Source: an uncultured delta proteobacterium (GTDB lineage: Bacteria; Myxococcota; Myxococcia; Myxococcales; Myxococcaceae). From it: a DNA stretch of 64,000 nt. How positions within the stretch are numbered: position 1 is the first letter of the stretch; each line of letters starts with the position of its first letter. A model generated the notes under the pieces. The model was not told the origin of the DNA. It searched no databases and was given only the letters and a program-made list of their open reading frames with translations. The stretch is taken from NCBI GenBank assembly GCA_963796055.1, contig CAWCKH010000005.1, positions 160,001 through 224,000 of the forward strand, written 5' to 3'. Shown one piece after another: positions 1-9,975 of this stretch. The position numbers and the translations under genes were made by a program.

Positions 1-1116
1 GGCCTGGAGCGGCTCGAGCTCGATCGAGCGCCGGAGGTCGTCGGCGAAGGCCTCCGCGCTCGGGTACCGCCCCTCGGGCTGCTTGGCCAGGGCGCGGAGG
101 AGAATGGAGTCCAGATCCCCGGCCAGGCGCCGGCGGAGCTTCGCGGCGGTGGAGCCCCTCGCCAGGGCCGCCGCCTCGCTCACCGCCAGGCTCGGGGAGA
201 GCGGTTCGGAGGCGAGGATGGCCGCGGCGAGCTCCGGTCCGGAGCTTCCCGGGAGCTGCACCGGACGGCTGCCGGTGAGCAGCTCGAAGAGCACCACCCC
301 CAGCGAGTAGACATCGCTCGCGGTGGTCAGCGGGGTGCCGAGGATCTGCTCGGGGCTCGCGTAGCCCGGGGTGAGGGCGCGTCCGGTGGCCCGGGTGAGC
401 GGCGTGTCCAGGGCGGCCCCCTCCGGCTCGAGGAGGGTGGCCACCCCGAAGTCGAGCAACCGCACCTGTCCCTCGTCGGTCACCAGGATGTTGGAGGGCT
501 TGAGGTCCCGGTGCAGGACCAGATTGGCATGGGCGTACTGGACGGCGTCGAGCACCTGGAGGAACAGCGCGAGGCGGCCCTCGACGTCGAGCTGCCGGCC
601 GTCGGCGTAGGCGGTGACGTGCAGTCCGTTCACCCGCTCCATCGCCAGGAACGGCTGACCCTGCGCCACCCCGGCGTCGTAGAGCCGGGCGATGTGCGGA
701 TGCTCCAGCCGGGCGAGGATGTCCCGCTCGCGGGCGAACCGCAGGGCCACCTCGCGGCGACGCGAGTCGAGGAGCGGCAGCTTGAGCGCCACGTCCCGGC
801 GCAGCGCGCCGTCGTCACGCCGCGCCAGCCACACCTCCCCCATCCCGCCGGTGCCCAGCAGCTCCACCAGGAGGTAGGGACCCACCCGTTCCCCGGGCCG
901 GTGGCCGAGGACTGCCGCGCCGGGGACGGGCGGGGCGGAGGCCGTGGCCGTCTCCGCCACCCGGGCCTCGATCAGCCGGCGAACGGCGGTCACCAGCGTG
1001 GGCTCTCTCCGGGAGAGCTCGTCCAGCCACGCGGCGCGCGCCACTTGGCTCAGGGCCAGCCCCTCGTCAACCAGCTCCGCGATGCGGCTCCAGTCCTGCG
1101 ACGTGGCCATCCTCAT
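1..1116 (-). CDS. Hanks-type Ser/Thr protein kinase, 3' part beyond the window edge
   Basis: Manual minus-strand translation from ATG 1116 (or 1110) gives GTGGMGEVW, VALK, HRDLKPSN, DFG, YASPEQ and SDVYSLG kinase motifs. The frame is open to position 1. Confidence 0.93.
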   Translation of the reverse strand, partial: MRMATSQDWSRIAELVDEGLALSQVARAAWLDELSRREPTLVTAVRRLIEARVAETATASAPPVPGAAVLGHRPGERVGPYLLVELLGTGGMGEVWLARRDDGALRRDVALKLPLLDSRRREVALRFARERDILARLEHPHIARLYDAGVAQGQPFLAMERVNGLHVTAYADGRQLDVEGRLALFLQVLDAVQYAHANLVLHRDLKPSNILVTDEGQVRLLDFGVATLLEPEGAALDTPLTRATGRALTPGYASPEQILGTPLTTASDVYSLGVVLFELLTGSRPVQLPGSSGPELAAAILASEPLSPSLAVSEAAALARGSTAAKLRRRLAGDLDSILLRALAKQPEGRYPSAEAFADDLRRSIELEPLQA

Positions 1117-1159
1117 GCCCCGGCAGACACGCCCTGGGCCTCCGGTTGCAGTCTCACAC

Positions 1160-1636
1160 TCATCGGCCGGCCAGTGCCCGGAGCGCCTCCCCGTCGAGGC
1201 GGCAGGTCAACCATTCGCGGACCACCTGGGCCCCCAGGGACTCGTAGAACTCGATGCTGGGACTGTTCCAGTCCAGCACCTGCCAGACGAACCGGCCGCA
1301 GCCGGTGTCGAGCGCGGTCCGGGCGAGGAAGCGCATCATCTCCTTGCCGATGCCGCGGCCGCGGGCCTCGGGCCGCACGAAGAGGTCCTCGAGGTAGAGC
1401 GTGGGCTGCCCGCGCCAGGTCGAGTAGGCGTAGAACCAGAAGGCGAAGCCCACCGGCGTCCCGTCCCACTCGGCGATGGTCGCCTGGAACAGCGGCCGCT
1501 CGCCGAACCCGTCCCGCTCCAGCGACGCCTCGGTGGCGACGACCGCCTCGGGCGCGCGCTCGTAGGTGGCCAGCTCCCGGATGAGCGAGACGATGAGCGG
1601 CACGTCGGCGTGGACGGCGGGGCGGAGGCGGAGCAC
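1160..1636 (-). CDS. GNAT N-acetyltransferase (diamine/SSAT-like)
   Basis: YSTWRG, LYLEDLFV, RGRGIG acetyl-CoA motif and WQVLDWN..SIEFYESLGA. Confidence 0.9.
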   Translation of the reverse strand: MLRLRPAVHADVPLIVSLIRELATYERAPEAVVATEASLERDGFGERPLFQATIAEWDGTPVGFAFWFYAYSTWRGQPTLYLEDLFVRPEARGRGIGKEMMRFLARTALDTGCGRFVWQVLDWNSPSIEFYESLGAQVVREWLTCRLDGEALRALAGR

Positions 1637-1724
1637 GGGACCATCATGCCCCGTGCTCCGCCGTCATCGCTGGAACAGTCCGCCCGCCTCCCACGGACCG
1701 TTCCGTGCTGGTCCCGCCCTGCCC

Positions 1725-2102
1725 TCAGGCTCCGCAGCGCGTCACATGCGCCGCGACCGCCAGCCAGCGTCCGGCCCGGCGTGCCCAGACGTCGGTGTAG
1801 CGCCCGTGCCCGGGACGCCCCCCGTCGCGGAAGGTGGTCCGGGCATGGACCAGGGCCACATCGTCGAGCAGCCGGACCAGGATGTCGTGGGCCTCGAGCT
1901 CCGACAGCGACGAGGGGGCCGAAGCCCGGACGAGGAACGCGGCCCGATCGAGCAGCGTCCCGTCCGGGCGCGAGCAGAGGAAGTCCGGCGCCAGGTGCCC
2001 CTCGAACCAGTCCCGGTCCGAGCGCTCGGCCGCCCGGAGGTACTCGGCGTTGAGCCGGAGCAGGACCTCACCGTCCGCGGATGGCGCCGGCGGCACGGTC
2101 AT
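1725..2102 (-). CDS. NTF2-like / DUF4440 protein
   Basis: C-terminal 125 aa of ORF 1725..3320, starting at ATG 2102 which overlaps the upstream stop. Motifs LAPDF..SRPDG and GRYTDVW...GRW.AVAAHVT. Confidence 0.8.
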   Translation of the reverse strand: MTVPPAPSADGEVLLRLNAEYLRAAERSDRDWFEGHLAPDFLCSRPDGTLLDRAAFLVRASAPSSLSELEAHDILVRLLDDVALVHARTTFRDGGRPGHGRYTDVWARRAGRWLAVAAHVTRCGA

Positions 2103-3337
2103 TCGTTCTCCCTCTCGTCGTCCCCGTGCATGCCGCGGCCCGACCCACCGGCGGGAATCGCCCGGAACGCCGTCGTCGCCCCGGTGGTGGAGTCGAGGAA
2201 CTGGCCGCCGATGCGTCCGAGATCGTCGATGTCCCCTGCATTGGTGATGGTGCCGGTCATGCCAGTGAGGACGTGCGAGGTGAGGTCGATGACCTGGCCG
2301 CGCTCCCAGAGCACGCCCTGGCAGGCGCTTCCCGCGCAGGAGACGCCGACCACCTGCCGCCAGACGTTGATGCCCAGCGCCTGACCGTTGTCGTGGCCGC
2401 TCAGCAGCGGCAGCGGCTGGATCCCGTCGGACCTGGTCCAGAGGAAGGGCCGGGGCACGAACTGGTCGACGGGGGTCCCGGGCGCGTTGGCGAAGCCCAC
2501 CACGTCTCCCCAGGCGTTGATGGCCATCGGCGTGTTCCACCCCTCCCCGCCGAGGGTCCCGAGGTCGGTGATCGACCCGTCCTCCCACATCACCGCCCTC
2601 CGGGCGCTGACTCCCCCGACCGCGATGCCACAGGCGCCGGAGATTCCGATCGCCTGGCCGCGGTCGTTGATGCCCGTGGCCGCGCTGGTCGAGTCGCCGG
2701 GCAAGGGCGGCAGCTCGTGCATCTCGTCCTTGCCGGGACCCCAGAGGGCCGCGATGAACTGGCGCTTCTGCCGTCCGGTGCAGCTGGGATCGAGCACCTG
2801 GGTCTCCGCCCAACCGACGATCTGACGGAAGTTGTTGGCCGAGGTGGCGAAGCCGTTTCCCCCGCCCCAGGTGGGAAGGGCCCGGATGTTCCCGTGCTCC
2901 CAGACAACGCCCAGGCACGTCTTCCCGGTGCGGGAGGGGAAGAAGAAGCGGCAGCTCCAGGTCTCGCCGAGCGGCTGGTCCTGATTCGTCTCCGCGACCC
3001 CGGCCACCAGGCCAATGACGTTCTTGGAGGGCCAGAGCACCGCGCTGTTCGGCCCGCCGAGCGTCCCGAGGTCGGTCGGGGTGCGCCCGCGCCAGATCGT
3101 CGCGTGAACGGTCGCATTCCCGGCCTGGGCCGAGAGACCGCCGACCCATCCCAGGTCGTTGATGCTGTTCCCCTGGCTGACGGTGCCTCCGAGCGAGGGC
3201 AGCGGGATGACCACGTAGCTCCGCCCCTCGCCTTGCCCCAGCCCGGCCCCGCTCTCCGCGGTGGGCGCCGATTCCTGGCTGCAGGCCAGCGCCCCGAGCA
3301 CCAACGCCGTGCTCAACCATCTCCTCTGCACTCGCAT
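2099..3337 (-). CDS. HAF-repeat extracellular lipoprotein
   Basis: GGAGGAGGA RBS before ATG 3337, lipobox ALAC, and repeated (T)DLGTLGG and S.A.GIND.GQ.VG units. Confidence 0.85.
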   Translation of the reverse strand: MRVQRRWLSTALVLGALACSQESAPTAESGAGLGQGEGRSYVVIPLPSLGGTVSQGNSINDLGWVGGLSAQAGNATVHATIWRGRTPTDLGTLGGPNSAVLWPSKNVIGLVAGVAETNQDQPLGETWSCRFFFPSRTGKTCLGVVWEHGNIRALPTWGGGNGFATSANNFRQIVGWAETQVLDPSCTGRQKRQFIAALWGPGKDEMHELPPLPGDSTSAATGINDRGQAIGISGACGIAVGGVSARRAVMWEDGSITDLGTLGGEGWNTPMAINAWGDVVGFANAPGTPVDQFVPRPFLWTRSDGIQPLPLLSGHDNGQALGINVWRQVVGVSCAGSACQGVLWERGQVIDLTSHVLTGMTGTITNAGDIDDLGRIGGQFLDSTTGATTAFRAIPAGGSGRGMHGDDERENE

Positions 3338-3490
3338 GCGTCCTCCTCCGGGGCCTTCGCCCCTGGACTTCGTGGAGGCCTGCGAGCGTGGAGCGTCGGG
3401 GGATGGGGCGCTGTCAGCTTCTTGAACGAGGACTGTCACGGAATTCAGGTCGACGGGCGCAGGCAGCCCCGACGTCGTAGGCTTCGGGCC

Positions 3491-4363
3491 ATGACCACGG
3501 TCCGCCTCATTTCCGAGGAGCGGACGACCCCGCGTCGGGTTCGACTCCTCGAGACGCCCATCGCTCTGGTCGAGGATGTCCGCGCCGACGTGGGCGACGG
3601 GTGGGTGGGGGCGGAGGGCTTCTCTTCCGAGTTTCAGCTCGCCCTGCCTTACCAGGGCCTCTTCGTCTGGGAGGTGGGCCGGGACTCGGTGGTGGGCGAT
3701 GCGAACCAGGTGCTGTTCGTCGCCGGAGGCGAGGCGTTCCGGATGCGCAGCCCGCTGCCCGGCGGCTACGGGGAGCTGATCGTCACGCCGGGCGGGCCAC
3801 TCCTCGACGAGATCACGGGGAGCCGCGGCAGCATCGCGCGGGTACATCCCCTCTTCCGGCGCCGGAGCCGGCGAATCGACCCCGGGCTGCAGCTCGCCCG
3901 CGCTCGCTTCCTGGCCCGGGCCCGCGAGGGCGGCGAGACGCTCCAGGCCGACGAGCAGATGGTGTGGCTCCTGCGCATGGCGCTCGCCGACGAGCGCCTG
4001 AGCCGGCCGCCGGCCCGCTGCACCCAGCGGCTGGTCGACCGCGCCAAGACGTACCTCGCGTCCGAACTCGGCCGGTCGATCCAGCTGGCGGAGATCGCCC
4101 GCGCGGTGGGGGCCTCACCCGGCTACCTGACCCAGCTCTTCCGCGCGGTGGAGGGCATCCCGCTCCACGCGTACCTGACGCAGCTCCGCCTGGCGCAGGC
4201 CTTGGTCGAGCTGCCGCACGCCGAGGACCTCACCGAGCTGGCGCTGGAGCTCGGGTTCTCGAGTCACAGCCACTTCTCCGCCCGGTTCCGCCGGGCCTTC
4301 GGGCTCACCCCGTCCGACTTCCGGCGGAGCTGCCGCCTCCGCTCCCCTCCGCTACCGGTCTAG
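3491..4363 (+). CDS. AraC family transcriptional regulator
   Basis: C-terminal AraC HTH (LAEIARAVGASPGYL...LALELGFSSHSHFSARFRRAFGLTPSDFR). Divergent from the HAF gene. Confidence 0.9.
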   Translation: MTTVRLISEERTTPRRVRLLETPIALVEDVRADVGDGWVGAEGFSSEFQLALPYQGLFVWEVGRDSVVGDANQVLFVAGGEAFRMRSPLPGGYGELIVTPGGPLLDEITGSRGSIARVHPLFRRRSRRIDPGLQLARARFLARAREGGETLQADEQMVWLLRMALADERLSRPPARCTQRLVDRAKTYLASELGRSIQLAEIARAVGASPGYLTQLFRAVEGIPLHAYLTQLRLAQALVELPHAEDLTELALELGFSSHSHFSARFRRAFGLTPSDFRRSCRLRSPPLPV

Positions 4364-4391
4364 GTCAGGGTCGCCGCAGTCGAGGTCTGCG

Positions 4392-5162
4392 TCAGGGTGA
4401 AGTCAGGCGGGCTGCAGTCGGCGAGGTCAGGGCGTCCGCGGCGAGCCGGACCCTGAGCGCCTCGATCTCCGCGCGCACCCGCGCCTTGAGCGGCTCCACG
4501 TCGGCCAGCGTCATACCCGCGGTGGAGATGGCCGTGCCCACAGTGACCCGCCCCTCGGCGCGCCCGAAGCGCCAGCTGTGCTTGGGCAGCGCGGTGCGCG
4601 TCCCGGCCACCGCCAGCGGCAGGATGTCCGCCCCCGTCTCGATGGCGAGCCGGAACGCGCCGTCCTTGAAGGGGAGCAGCTGGCCGTCCTTGCTCCGCGT
4701 GCCCTCGGGAAAGAGCATCACCGGCATTCCGAGGGCGAGCCACCGGGCGCACGCGCCCATCGCCTCCCGCGCCGAGTCGCTGTCCCCGCGCTCGACCGGG
4801 ATGTCCCCCGCCATCCACATCATCCAGCCCGCCACCGGGATGCGGAACAGCGAGGCCTTTCCCAGCCACTTCATCTCCCAGGGGAGGAAGGAGACCAGGA
4901 AGGGGTCGGCGTTGGATTCGTGGTTGCTCACCACCACCGTCTTCCCCGGACTCCGCGACGGCGCCGGACCCACCACGCCAAAGCGCCAGAAGGGGTTCAG
5001 CTTCGCCGCCACCACCCCGACCAGCCGGAACGTCCGGCCGGCCACACGCCTCCGCCGGTCGAACGGAAGGCAGAGCACGAAGAGCGCCGTCTGGACGAGG
5101 AACCCCAGCAGGGCCACCCCGGCGATCTCCACCCAGGCCCAGATGGACAGCAGCGCGTTCAT
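4392..5162 (-). CDS. plsC: 1-acyl-sn-glycerol-3-phosphate acyltransferase (PlsC family)
   Basis: NHESNAD (NHxxxxD), FPEGTRS and FKDGAF motifs. Confidence 0.85.
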   Translation of the reverse strand: MNALLSIWAWVEIAGVALLGFLVQTALFVLCLPFDRRRRVAGRTFRLVGVVAAKLNPFWRFGVVGPAPSRSPGKTVVVSNHESNADPFLVSFLPWEMKWLGKASLFRIPVAGWMMWMAGDIPVERGDSDSAREAMGACARWLALGMPVMLFPEGTRSKDGQLLPFKDGAFRLAIETGADILPLAVAGTRTALPKHSWRFGRAEGRVTVGTAISTAGMTLADVEPLKARVRAEIEALRVRLAADALTSPTAARLTSP

Positions 5163-5263
5163 GGCTCGCTCGAACGTCCCCATACCGCACTGAGCAGCCA
5201 GATGCGCAGGGCGCGACTTGGGGGGCGGGCCGGCGTACTGTCTCCCCGGCCGAGGACGCTCCC

Positions 5264-5461
5264 ATGGCACCGCCGCCGGACAAGAGCCGCGCCACCGAGC
5301 CCGCGCTGTGGGCGTTCGCCGTGTCGCTGGTGCTGTTGGTGGGCCCGGCGCGGGTGCTCTGGGCCGCCCCGGGGCGCGGCTGGCTCGCCCCGTTCCTGCT
5401 CTGGGGGGTGGTGATCGCCCTCGGGGCCTGGGCCGTCCACCGCCCGAGCGCTCCGCCATGA
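5264..5461 (+). CDS. cbrX: CbrX-like small membrane protein, translationally coupled to the cbrA-like gene
   Basis: 65 aa with two hydrophobic segments and a W..PFLLW motif. Its stop overlaps the next start (ATGA 5458-5461), the arrangement known for Pseudomonas cbrX-cbrA. Confidence 0.65.
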   Translation: MAPPPDKSRATEPALWAFAVSLVLLVGPARVLWAAPGRGWLAPFLLWGVVIALGAWAVHRPSAPP

Positions 5462-8436
5462 GCCCGTCGATCGGCGTCCTGTTCGGGGTGGCCGTGGCCT
5501 ACCTCGGCCTGCTCTTCGGCGTGGCCTACGCGACGGAGCGCGGGCTGGTGCCGGCGCGGCTGGTCCGGCATCCGCTGACCTACGCGATCTCGCTCGGGGT
5601 GTACGCTACCTCGTGGACGTACTCCGGCAGCGTGGGCTTCGCCCGGAGCCACGGCTACGCCTTCCTCACCATCTACCTCGGGGTGACGCTGGCCTGCCTG
5701 CTGGTTCCGGTGCTCTGGGAGCCGGTCTTGCGCCTGTGCCGCGAGCACCAGCTCACCTCGCTGGCTGACCTCTTCGCCTTCCGCTTCCAGAGTCAGGGCG
5801 CTGGGGTGCTGGTGACGGTGTTCATGCTCGCCGGCAACCTTCCCTACCTGGCGCTGCAGATTCACGCGGTGACCGCGGCGTTCAAGGTGCTCGCCCAGGC
5901 CTCGCCCCCCAGCGGCATCGCGCTGATGTTCTGCGGGCTGGTGACCCTGTTCGCGCTGCTCTTCGGGGCACGGCACGTCACCCCGCGCGAGCGGCACGCC
6001 GGGCTGGGTGTGGCCATCGCCTTCGAGTCGCTGGTGAAGCTGCTGGCGCTGCTCACCGTGGCCCTGGTGGCGGTGACCAGCGTGTTCGGCGGCCTGGGCG
6101 GGCTGTCGCGCTGGCTGGCAGAGCACCCCGACGCGCTCGAGCGGGCCTACGGCCCGGTGCAGAGCGGGCCCTGGGCAACCCTCCTCCTGCTCGCATTCGC
6201 CGCGGCGTTCCTCCTGCCGCGCCAGTTCCACATGGCGTTCACCGAGTCGCTCGACGGGCGGGCGCTCAGGGTGGCGGCCTGGGCCTTCCCGCTCTTCCTG
6301 CTGCTGCTCAATCTCCCGGTCTTGCCGCTGCTCTGGAGCGGGACGGTGCGCTTCCCGGATGGGAACCCGGACAATCACGTGCTCGCGCTCGCCAGGAGCA
6401 GTGGACACCCCCTGGTGGGGGCGCTGGCGTTCGTCGGCGCCATCTCCGCGGCGAGCAGCATGCTCATCGTCGACACGCTGGCCCTGGCGGCGATGTGCCT
6501 CAACCACCTGGTGCTCCCCCGCACCGACCTCGCCCGCTCGGGCGACCTGTACGCGGGGCTGCTCTGGGCACGCCGGGCACTCATCGTCACCGTGCTCGCC
6601 CTCGGCTACGCCTTCAGCCGTCTGCTCGCCACCCGGCAGGGACTGGTGGAGATCGGCCTCATCTCCTTCGTCGCCGTGGTCCAGGTCCTGCCCGGCCTGC
6701 TGGCCCTCCTCTTCTGGCGCGGGGCGACACGCCAGGGATTCCTGGTGGGACTGTCGGCGGGGGTGGGGGTCTGGGCGGTCACGCTCTTCCTGCCCCTGCT
6801 GGCCCACGGGCGGCTCCTCCCGGCGGCGTTCGATCTGGCCTGGGTGTTCGGCATCCGTCCCGGCACCGAGCCGTGGAGCGCGAGCACGTTCTGGTCGCTG
6901 TTCCTCAACACCCTGCTCTTCGGCGGCGTCTCGCTCCTGACCCGCGCCACCGTGCGCGAGGAAGAGGCGGCGGTGGCCTGCACCCGCGGCGCAGCGCCCG
7001 GGCCGTGGATGCTGGAGCCGTCGAGCGCCCAGGAGTTCCAGGCGCGCCTGGCCCCGCTGCTCGGGGAGGACGCCGCCTCGACCGAGCTGACCCAGGCGCT
7101 GGCCGACCTGGACATGGTGCCCGGCGAGCGGCGGCCGGCGCAGCTGGGGAGACTGAGGGACCGCCTGCAGCGCAACCTCTCCGGCCTGATGGGGCCGCTG
7201 GTCGCCCGCTGGGTAGTGGACCGCAGCATCCGCATCAACCACGGCAAGCGGGCCCCGCTGAGCGACCGCATCCGCGCGCTGGAGGAGCAGCTCCGGGCGA
7301 GCCGGGCCCAGCTGCAGGGAGCGCCGGCCGAGCTGGAGGCCTACCGGCGCTACCTCCGGCGCGTGCTGGAGGACCTCCCGCTGGGCGTGTGCGCGCTCGG
7401 ACCCGACCGGGACGTCGTCATCTGGAACCGCGCGCTCGAGCACCTGAGCGGGCTCACCGCCCACGACGCGGTCGGTGCACGGCTCGACGTGCTGCCTGGT
7501 CCGTTGCCCGCCTCGGTCCGCGCCTTCGTCTCCGGCGCGGCGTCGCAGGAGGAGGTGCGGCTGCAGATGAGCGGCGCGAGCGAGCGCGCCTTCTCCCTGT
7601 CTCGAAGTCAGGTGCGCGAGCTGGGGAGCACCACCGGTGAGACCGCCGGGGTGGTGGTGCTGGTGGAGGACCTCACCGAGCGCAAGCTGCTGGCCGCGCA
7701 GGTGGCGCACCAGGACCGGCTGGCCTCGGTGGGTCGGCTCGCGGCCGGCGTGGCGCACGAGATCGGCAACCCGCTCACCGGCATCGCCTGCCTCGCCCAG
7801 AACCTCGTCCGCGAGCTCGGCGAGACCGACCTGCGCGACCGGGTGGGCCTCATCCTCCGCGAGACCCAGCGCATCGACGCCATCGTCCGGGTGCTGCTCG
7901 GCTACAGCCACGCCGGGGCCGCGGACGGGATGCACCAGGCCCCGGTGGATCTCCACCACTGCGTCGCGGAAGCCATCACCCTGGTCCACCTCGCGCGCGA
8001 GGCGAAGGGCGTTCCCTGTGAGAACGAGGTGCCCGCCGGCGTGTACGTCTCGGGGGACCGGCAGCGATTGATCCAGGTGTTCGTCAATCTCGTGTCGAAC
8101 GCGTGCGACGCGAGCCCGTCCGGCACCCCGGTAACGGTCGGTGCGCTCTCGACGACACAGGGCGTCAAGGTCTTCGTTCGCGACCGTGGCACTGGAATGG
8201 ACGAGTCGACCCGCGAACGGATGTTCGAACCTTTTTACACGACGAAGCCGCCGGGGCAGGGTACGGGTCTCGGGCTCCCGCTGGTCGCGGCCATCGTCCG
8301 CGAGCACGGGGGTACGCTCCGGGTGGAGAGCAGACCCGGCGCAGGGACGACGGTCGAGGTGGAGCTGCCGGGGGCGGAGGAGCCGGCGGCTCCGGGGACG
8401 AGGGTGGCCGAGGCCCTCGGGGGAGCACGCGCATGA
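5458..8436 (+). CDS. cbrA: CbrA-like sensor kinase: SLC5/SSF transporter domain, STAC, PAS, HisKA, HATPase
   Basis: LGVYATSWTYSGSVG, LPYLALQI, AIAFESLVKL and LLPRQFH in the SSF domain. PAS (LEDLPLGV..WNRALE), H-box GVAHEIGNPL, N-box QVFVNLVSNA and GTGLGL. Confidence 0.88.
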   Translation: MSPSIGVLFGVAVAYLGLLFGVAYATERGLVPARLVRHPLTYAISLGVYATSWTYSGSVGFARSHGYAFLTIYLGVTLACLLVPVLWEPVLRLCREHQLTSLADLFAFRFQSQGAGVLVTVFMLAGNLPYLALQIHAVTAAFKVLAQASPPSGIALMFCGLVTLFALLFGARHVTPRERHAGLGVAIAFESLVKLLALLTVALVAVTSVFGGLGGLSRWLAEHPDALERAYGPVQSGPWATLLLLAFAAAFLLPRQFHMAFTESLDGRALRVAAWAFPLFLLLLNLPVLPLLWSGTVRFPDGNPDNHVLALARSSGHPLVGALAFVGAISAASSMLIVDTLALAAMCLNHLVLPRTDLARSGDLYAGLLWARRALIVTVLALGYAFSRLLATRQGLVEIGLISFVAVVQVLPGLLALLFWRGATRQGFLVGLSAGVGVWAVTLFLPLLAHGRLLPAAFDLAWVFGIRPGTEPWSASTFWSLFLNTLLFGGVSLLTRATVREEEAAVACTRGAAPGPWMLEPSSAQEFQARLAPLLGEDAASTELTQALADLDMVPGERRPAQLGRLRDRLQRNLSGLMGPLVARWVVDRSIRINHGKRAPLSDRIRALEEQLRASRAQLQGAPAELEAYRRYLRRVLEDLPLGVCALGPDRDVVIWNRALEHLSGLTAHDAVGARLDVLPGPLPASVRAFVSGAASQEEVRLQMSGASERAFSLSRSQVRELGSTTGETAGVVVLVEDLTERKLLAAQVAHQDRLASVGRLAAGVAHEIGNPLTGIACLAQNLVRELGETDLRDRVGLILRETQRIDAIVRVLLGYSHAGAADGMHQAPVDLHHCVAEAITLVHLAREAKGVPCENEVPAGVYVSGDRQRLIQVFVNLVSNACDASPSGTPVTVGALSTTQGVKVFVRDRGTGMDESTRERMFEPFYTTKPPGQGTGLGLPLVAAIVREHGGTLRVESRPGAGTTVEVELPGAEEPAAPGTRVAEALGGARA

Positions 8437-9785
8437 GCCGCATCCTGGTGGTCGAGGACGAGGACATCATCCGCTCCGAGCTGGCGCGACTCCTCGCGCG
8501 GACCGGCCACGACGTGGTCGAGGCACGCTCGGTCCCGGAGGCCATGGGCGCGGGGGCCGCCGATGGATTCGACCTGGTCATCGCCGACCTGCGCCTGCCG
8601 GGCGAGCTGGGCACCACGCTCATCGACAGCTGCCGGCCGACGCCGGTGCTGGTGATGACCAGCTACGCCACGGTGCGTGCTGCGGTGGAGGCGATGCAGA
8701 AGGGCGCCGCCGACTTCGTGGCCAAGCCGTTCGACCACGACGAGTTCCTCCTGGTGATGGACCGGGTGCTGCGCCAGTCGCGCCTGCAGCGGCAGAACGC
8801 GGCCCTCAAGCAAGATCTGGAAAGGAACTACGCGGTGCACGGGATGGTGGGCAGCTGCTCGGCGATGCTCGAGGTCTTCGAGCGGGTGCGCAAGGTGGCC
8901 GCCACCGACGCCACGGTGCTCGTGCTCGGCGAGTCGGGCACCGGCAAGGAGCTGGTGGCCCGCGCCGTCCACGACCAGAGCAGCCGCCGCGACGCGCCGA
9001 TCATCGCCGTCAACTGCGCCTCGATCCCCGAGACGCTGATCGAGTCCGAGCTCTTCGGCCACGAGAGGGGCGCCTTCACCGGTGCGCACAAGGCGCATCC
9101 CGGCCTGGTCGAGGCGGCGGACGGCGGCACGCTCTTCCTCGACGAGATCGGCGAGCTGCCCCTGCCCGCCCAGGCCCGGCTGCTCCGGGTGATGCAGGAG
9201 GGCGAGGTCCGCCGGGTGGGCGCCACCGGGAGCCGGCGGGTCAACGTCCGGCTGATGGCCGCCACCCACCGGGACCTCCGGCAGATGTCGTACGACGGCC
9301 AGTTCCGGAACGACCTCTACTTCCGGCTGCGGGTGGTGGAGATCAGCCTCCCGCCGCTGCGGGCGCGCGGCTCGGACGTGCTCGAGCTCGCGGACTTCCT
9401 CCTGGCGAAGCTCTGCCGCCGGCTCAACAAGCCTCCCCTGGAGCTCACCTCGGAGGCGCGGCAGGCGATCTTCGAGCATCCCTGGCCGGGGAACGTGCGC
9501 GAGCTGGAGAACGCCCTCGAGCGCGCGGTCATCCTCTGCGACGGCGGGCAGATCACCCCCGACCTCCTGGCCATCGACGGGCCGCGCCCGGCCTCCGCTC
9601 CCGGAGCCGAGGGGGACGAGGCGAACGGCTCCGGTGCGCTCACCGAGTACTTCCGCCGCTTCGTGCTCGAGCATCAGGGGCACCTCTCCGAGACCGAGAT
9701 CGCCCGCCGGCTGGGCATCAGCCGGAAGGCGCTCTGGGAGAAGCGGGCCCGGCTGGGCATCCCCCGGGGCAAGCTCCCCGCCTGA
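8433..9785 (+). CDS. cbrB: CbrB-like sigma-54 response regulator (REC-AAA+-HTH)
   Basis: Receiver (VVEDE, DLRLP), GESGTGKE, GAFTGA, LFLDEIGE, WPGNVREL and C-terminal SETEIARRLGISRK.LWE. Coupled to the kinase. Confidence 0.88.
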   Translation: MSRILVVEDEDIIRSELARLLARTGHDVVEARSVPEAMGAGAADGFDLVIADLRLPGELGTTLIDSCRPTPVLVMTSYATVRAAVEAMQKGAADFVAKPFDHDEFLLVMDRVLRQSRLQRQNAALKQDLERNYAVHGMVGSCSAMLEVFERVRKVAATDATVLVLGESGTGKELVARAVHDQSSRRDAPIIAVNCASIPETLIESELFGHERGAFTGAHKAHPGLVEAADGGTLFLDEIGELPLPAQARLLRVMQEGEVRRVGATGSRRVNVRLMAATHRDLRQMSYDGQFRNDLYFRLRVVEISLPPLRARGSDVLELADFLLAKLCRRLNKPPLELTSEARQAIFEHPWPGNVRELENALERAVILCDGGQITPDLLAIDGPRPASAPGAEGDEANGSGALTEYFRRFVLEHQGHLSETEIARRLGISRKALWEKRARLGIPRGKLPA

Positions 9786-9861
9786 CTGAGACCGATCGTT
9801 GATGGGGGGGCCCGCAGGCCAGGGCGACCGGACCCGAGTGAAACCGGGGGCTCCGCGACCC

Positions 9862-9887
9862 CGTTACGTTCGGTAACGCCCTGTTCC
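9862..9887 (+). promoter_or_regulatory. Putative enhancer (UAS) for the CbrB-like activator
   Basis: CGTTAC-GTTCG-GTAACG palindrome at 9862-9878 plus a TGTTCC half-site 20 bp downstream. Confidence 0.7.
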
Positions 9888-9940
9888 GGAACGACACGCG
9901 CGCCCCGGGGGAAGTCCGCAACGGAACGTGAGGCGGCCCC

Positions 9941-9955
9941 TGGCAGATGGCTTGC
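9941..9955 (+). promoter_or_regulatory. sigma-54 -24/-12 promoter
   Basis: TGGCAGATGGCTTGC (GG-N10-GC with TTGC). Confidence 0.8.
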
Positions 9956-9975
9956 CTGTCGGATTGCTCTTCCCC

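Noticed and set aside
4360..8307. 1315-aa minus-strand ORF and similar long shadow ORFs (e.g. 11801-13957, 15593-17554, 31483-33354, 46069-48084)
   Set aside because: They are antisense or off-frame to well-supported genes, have no motifs, and are expected in high-GC DNA with few stop codons
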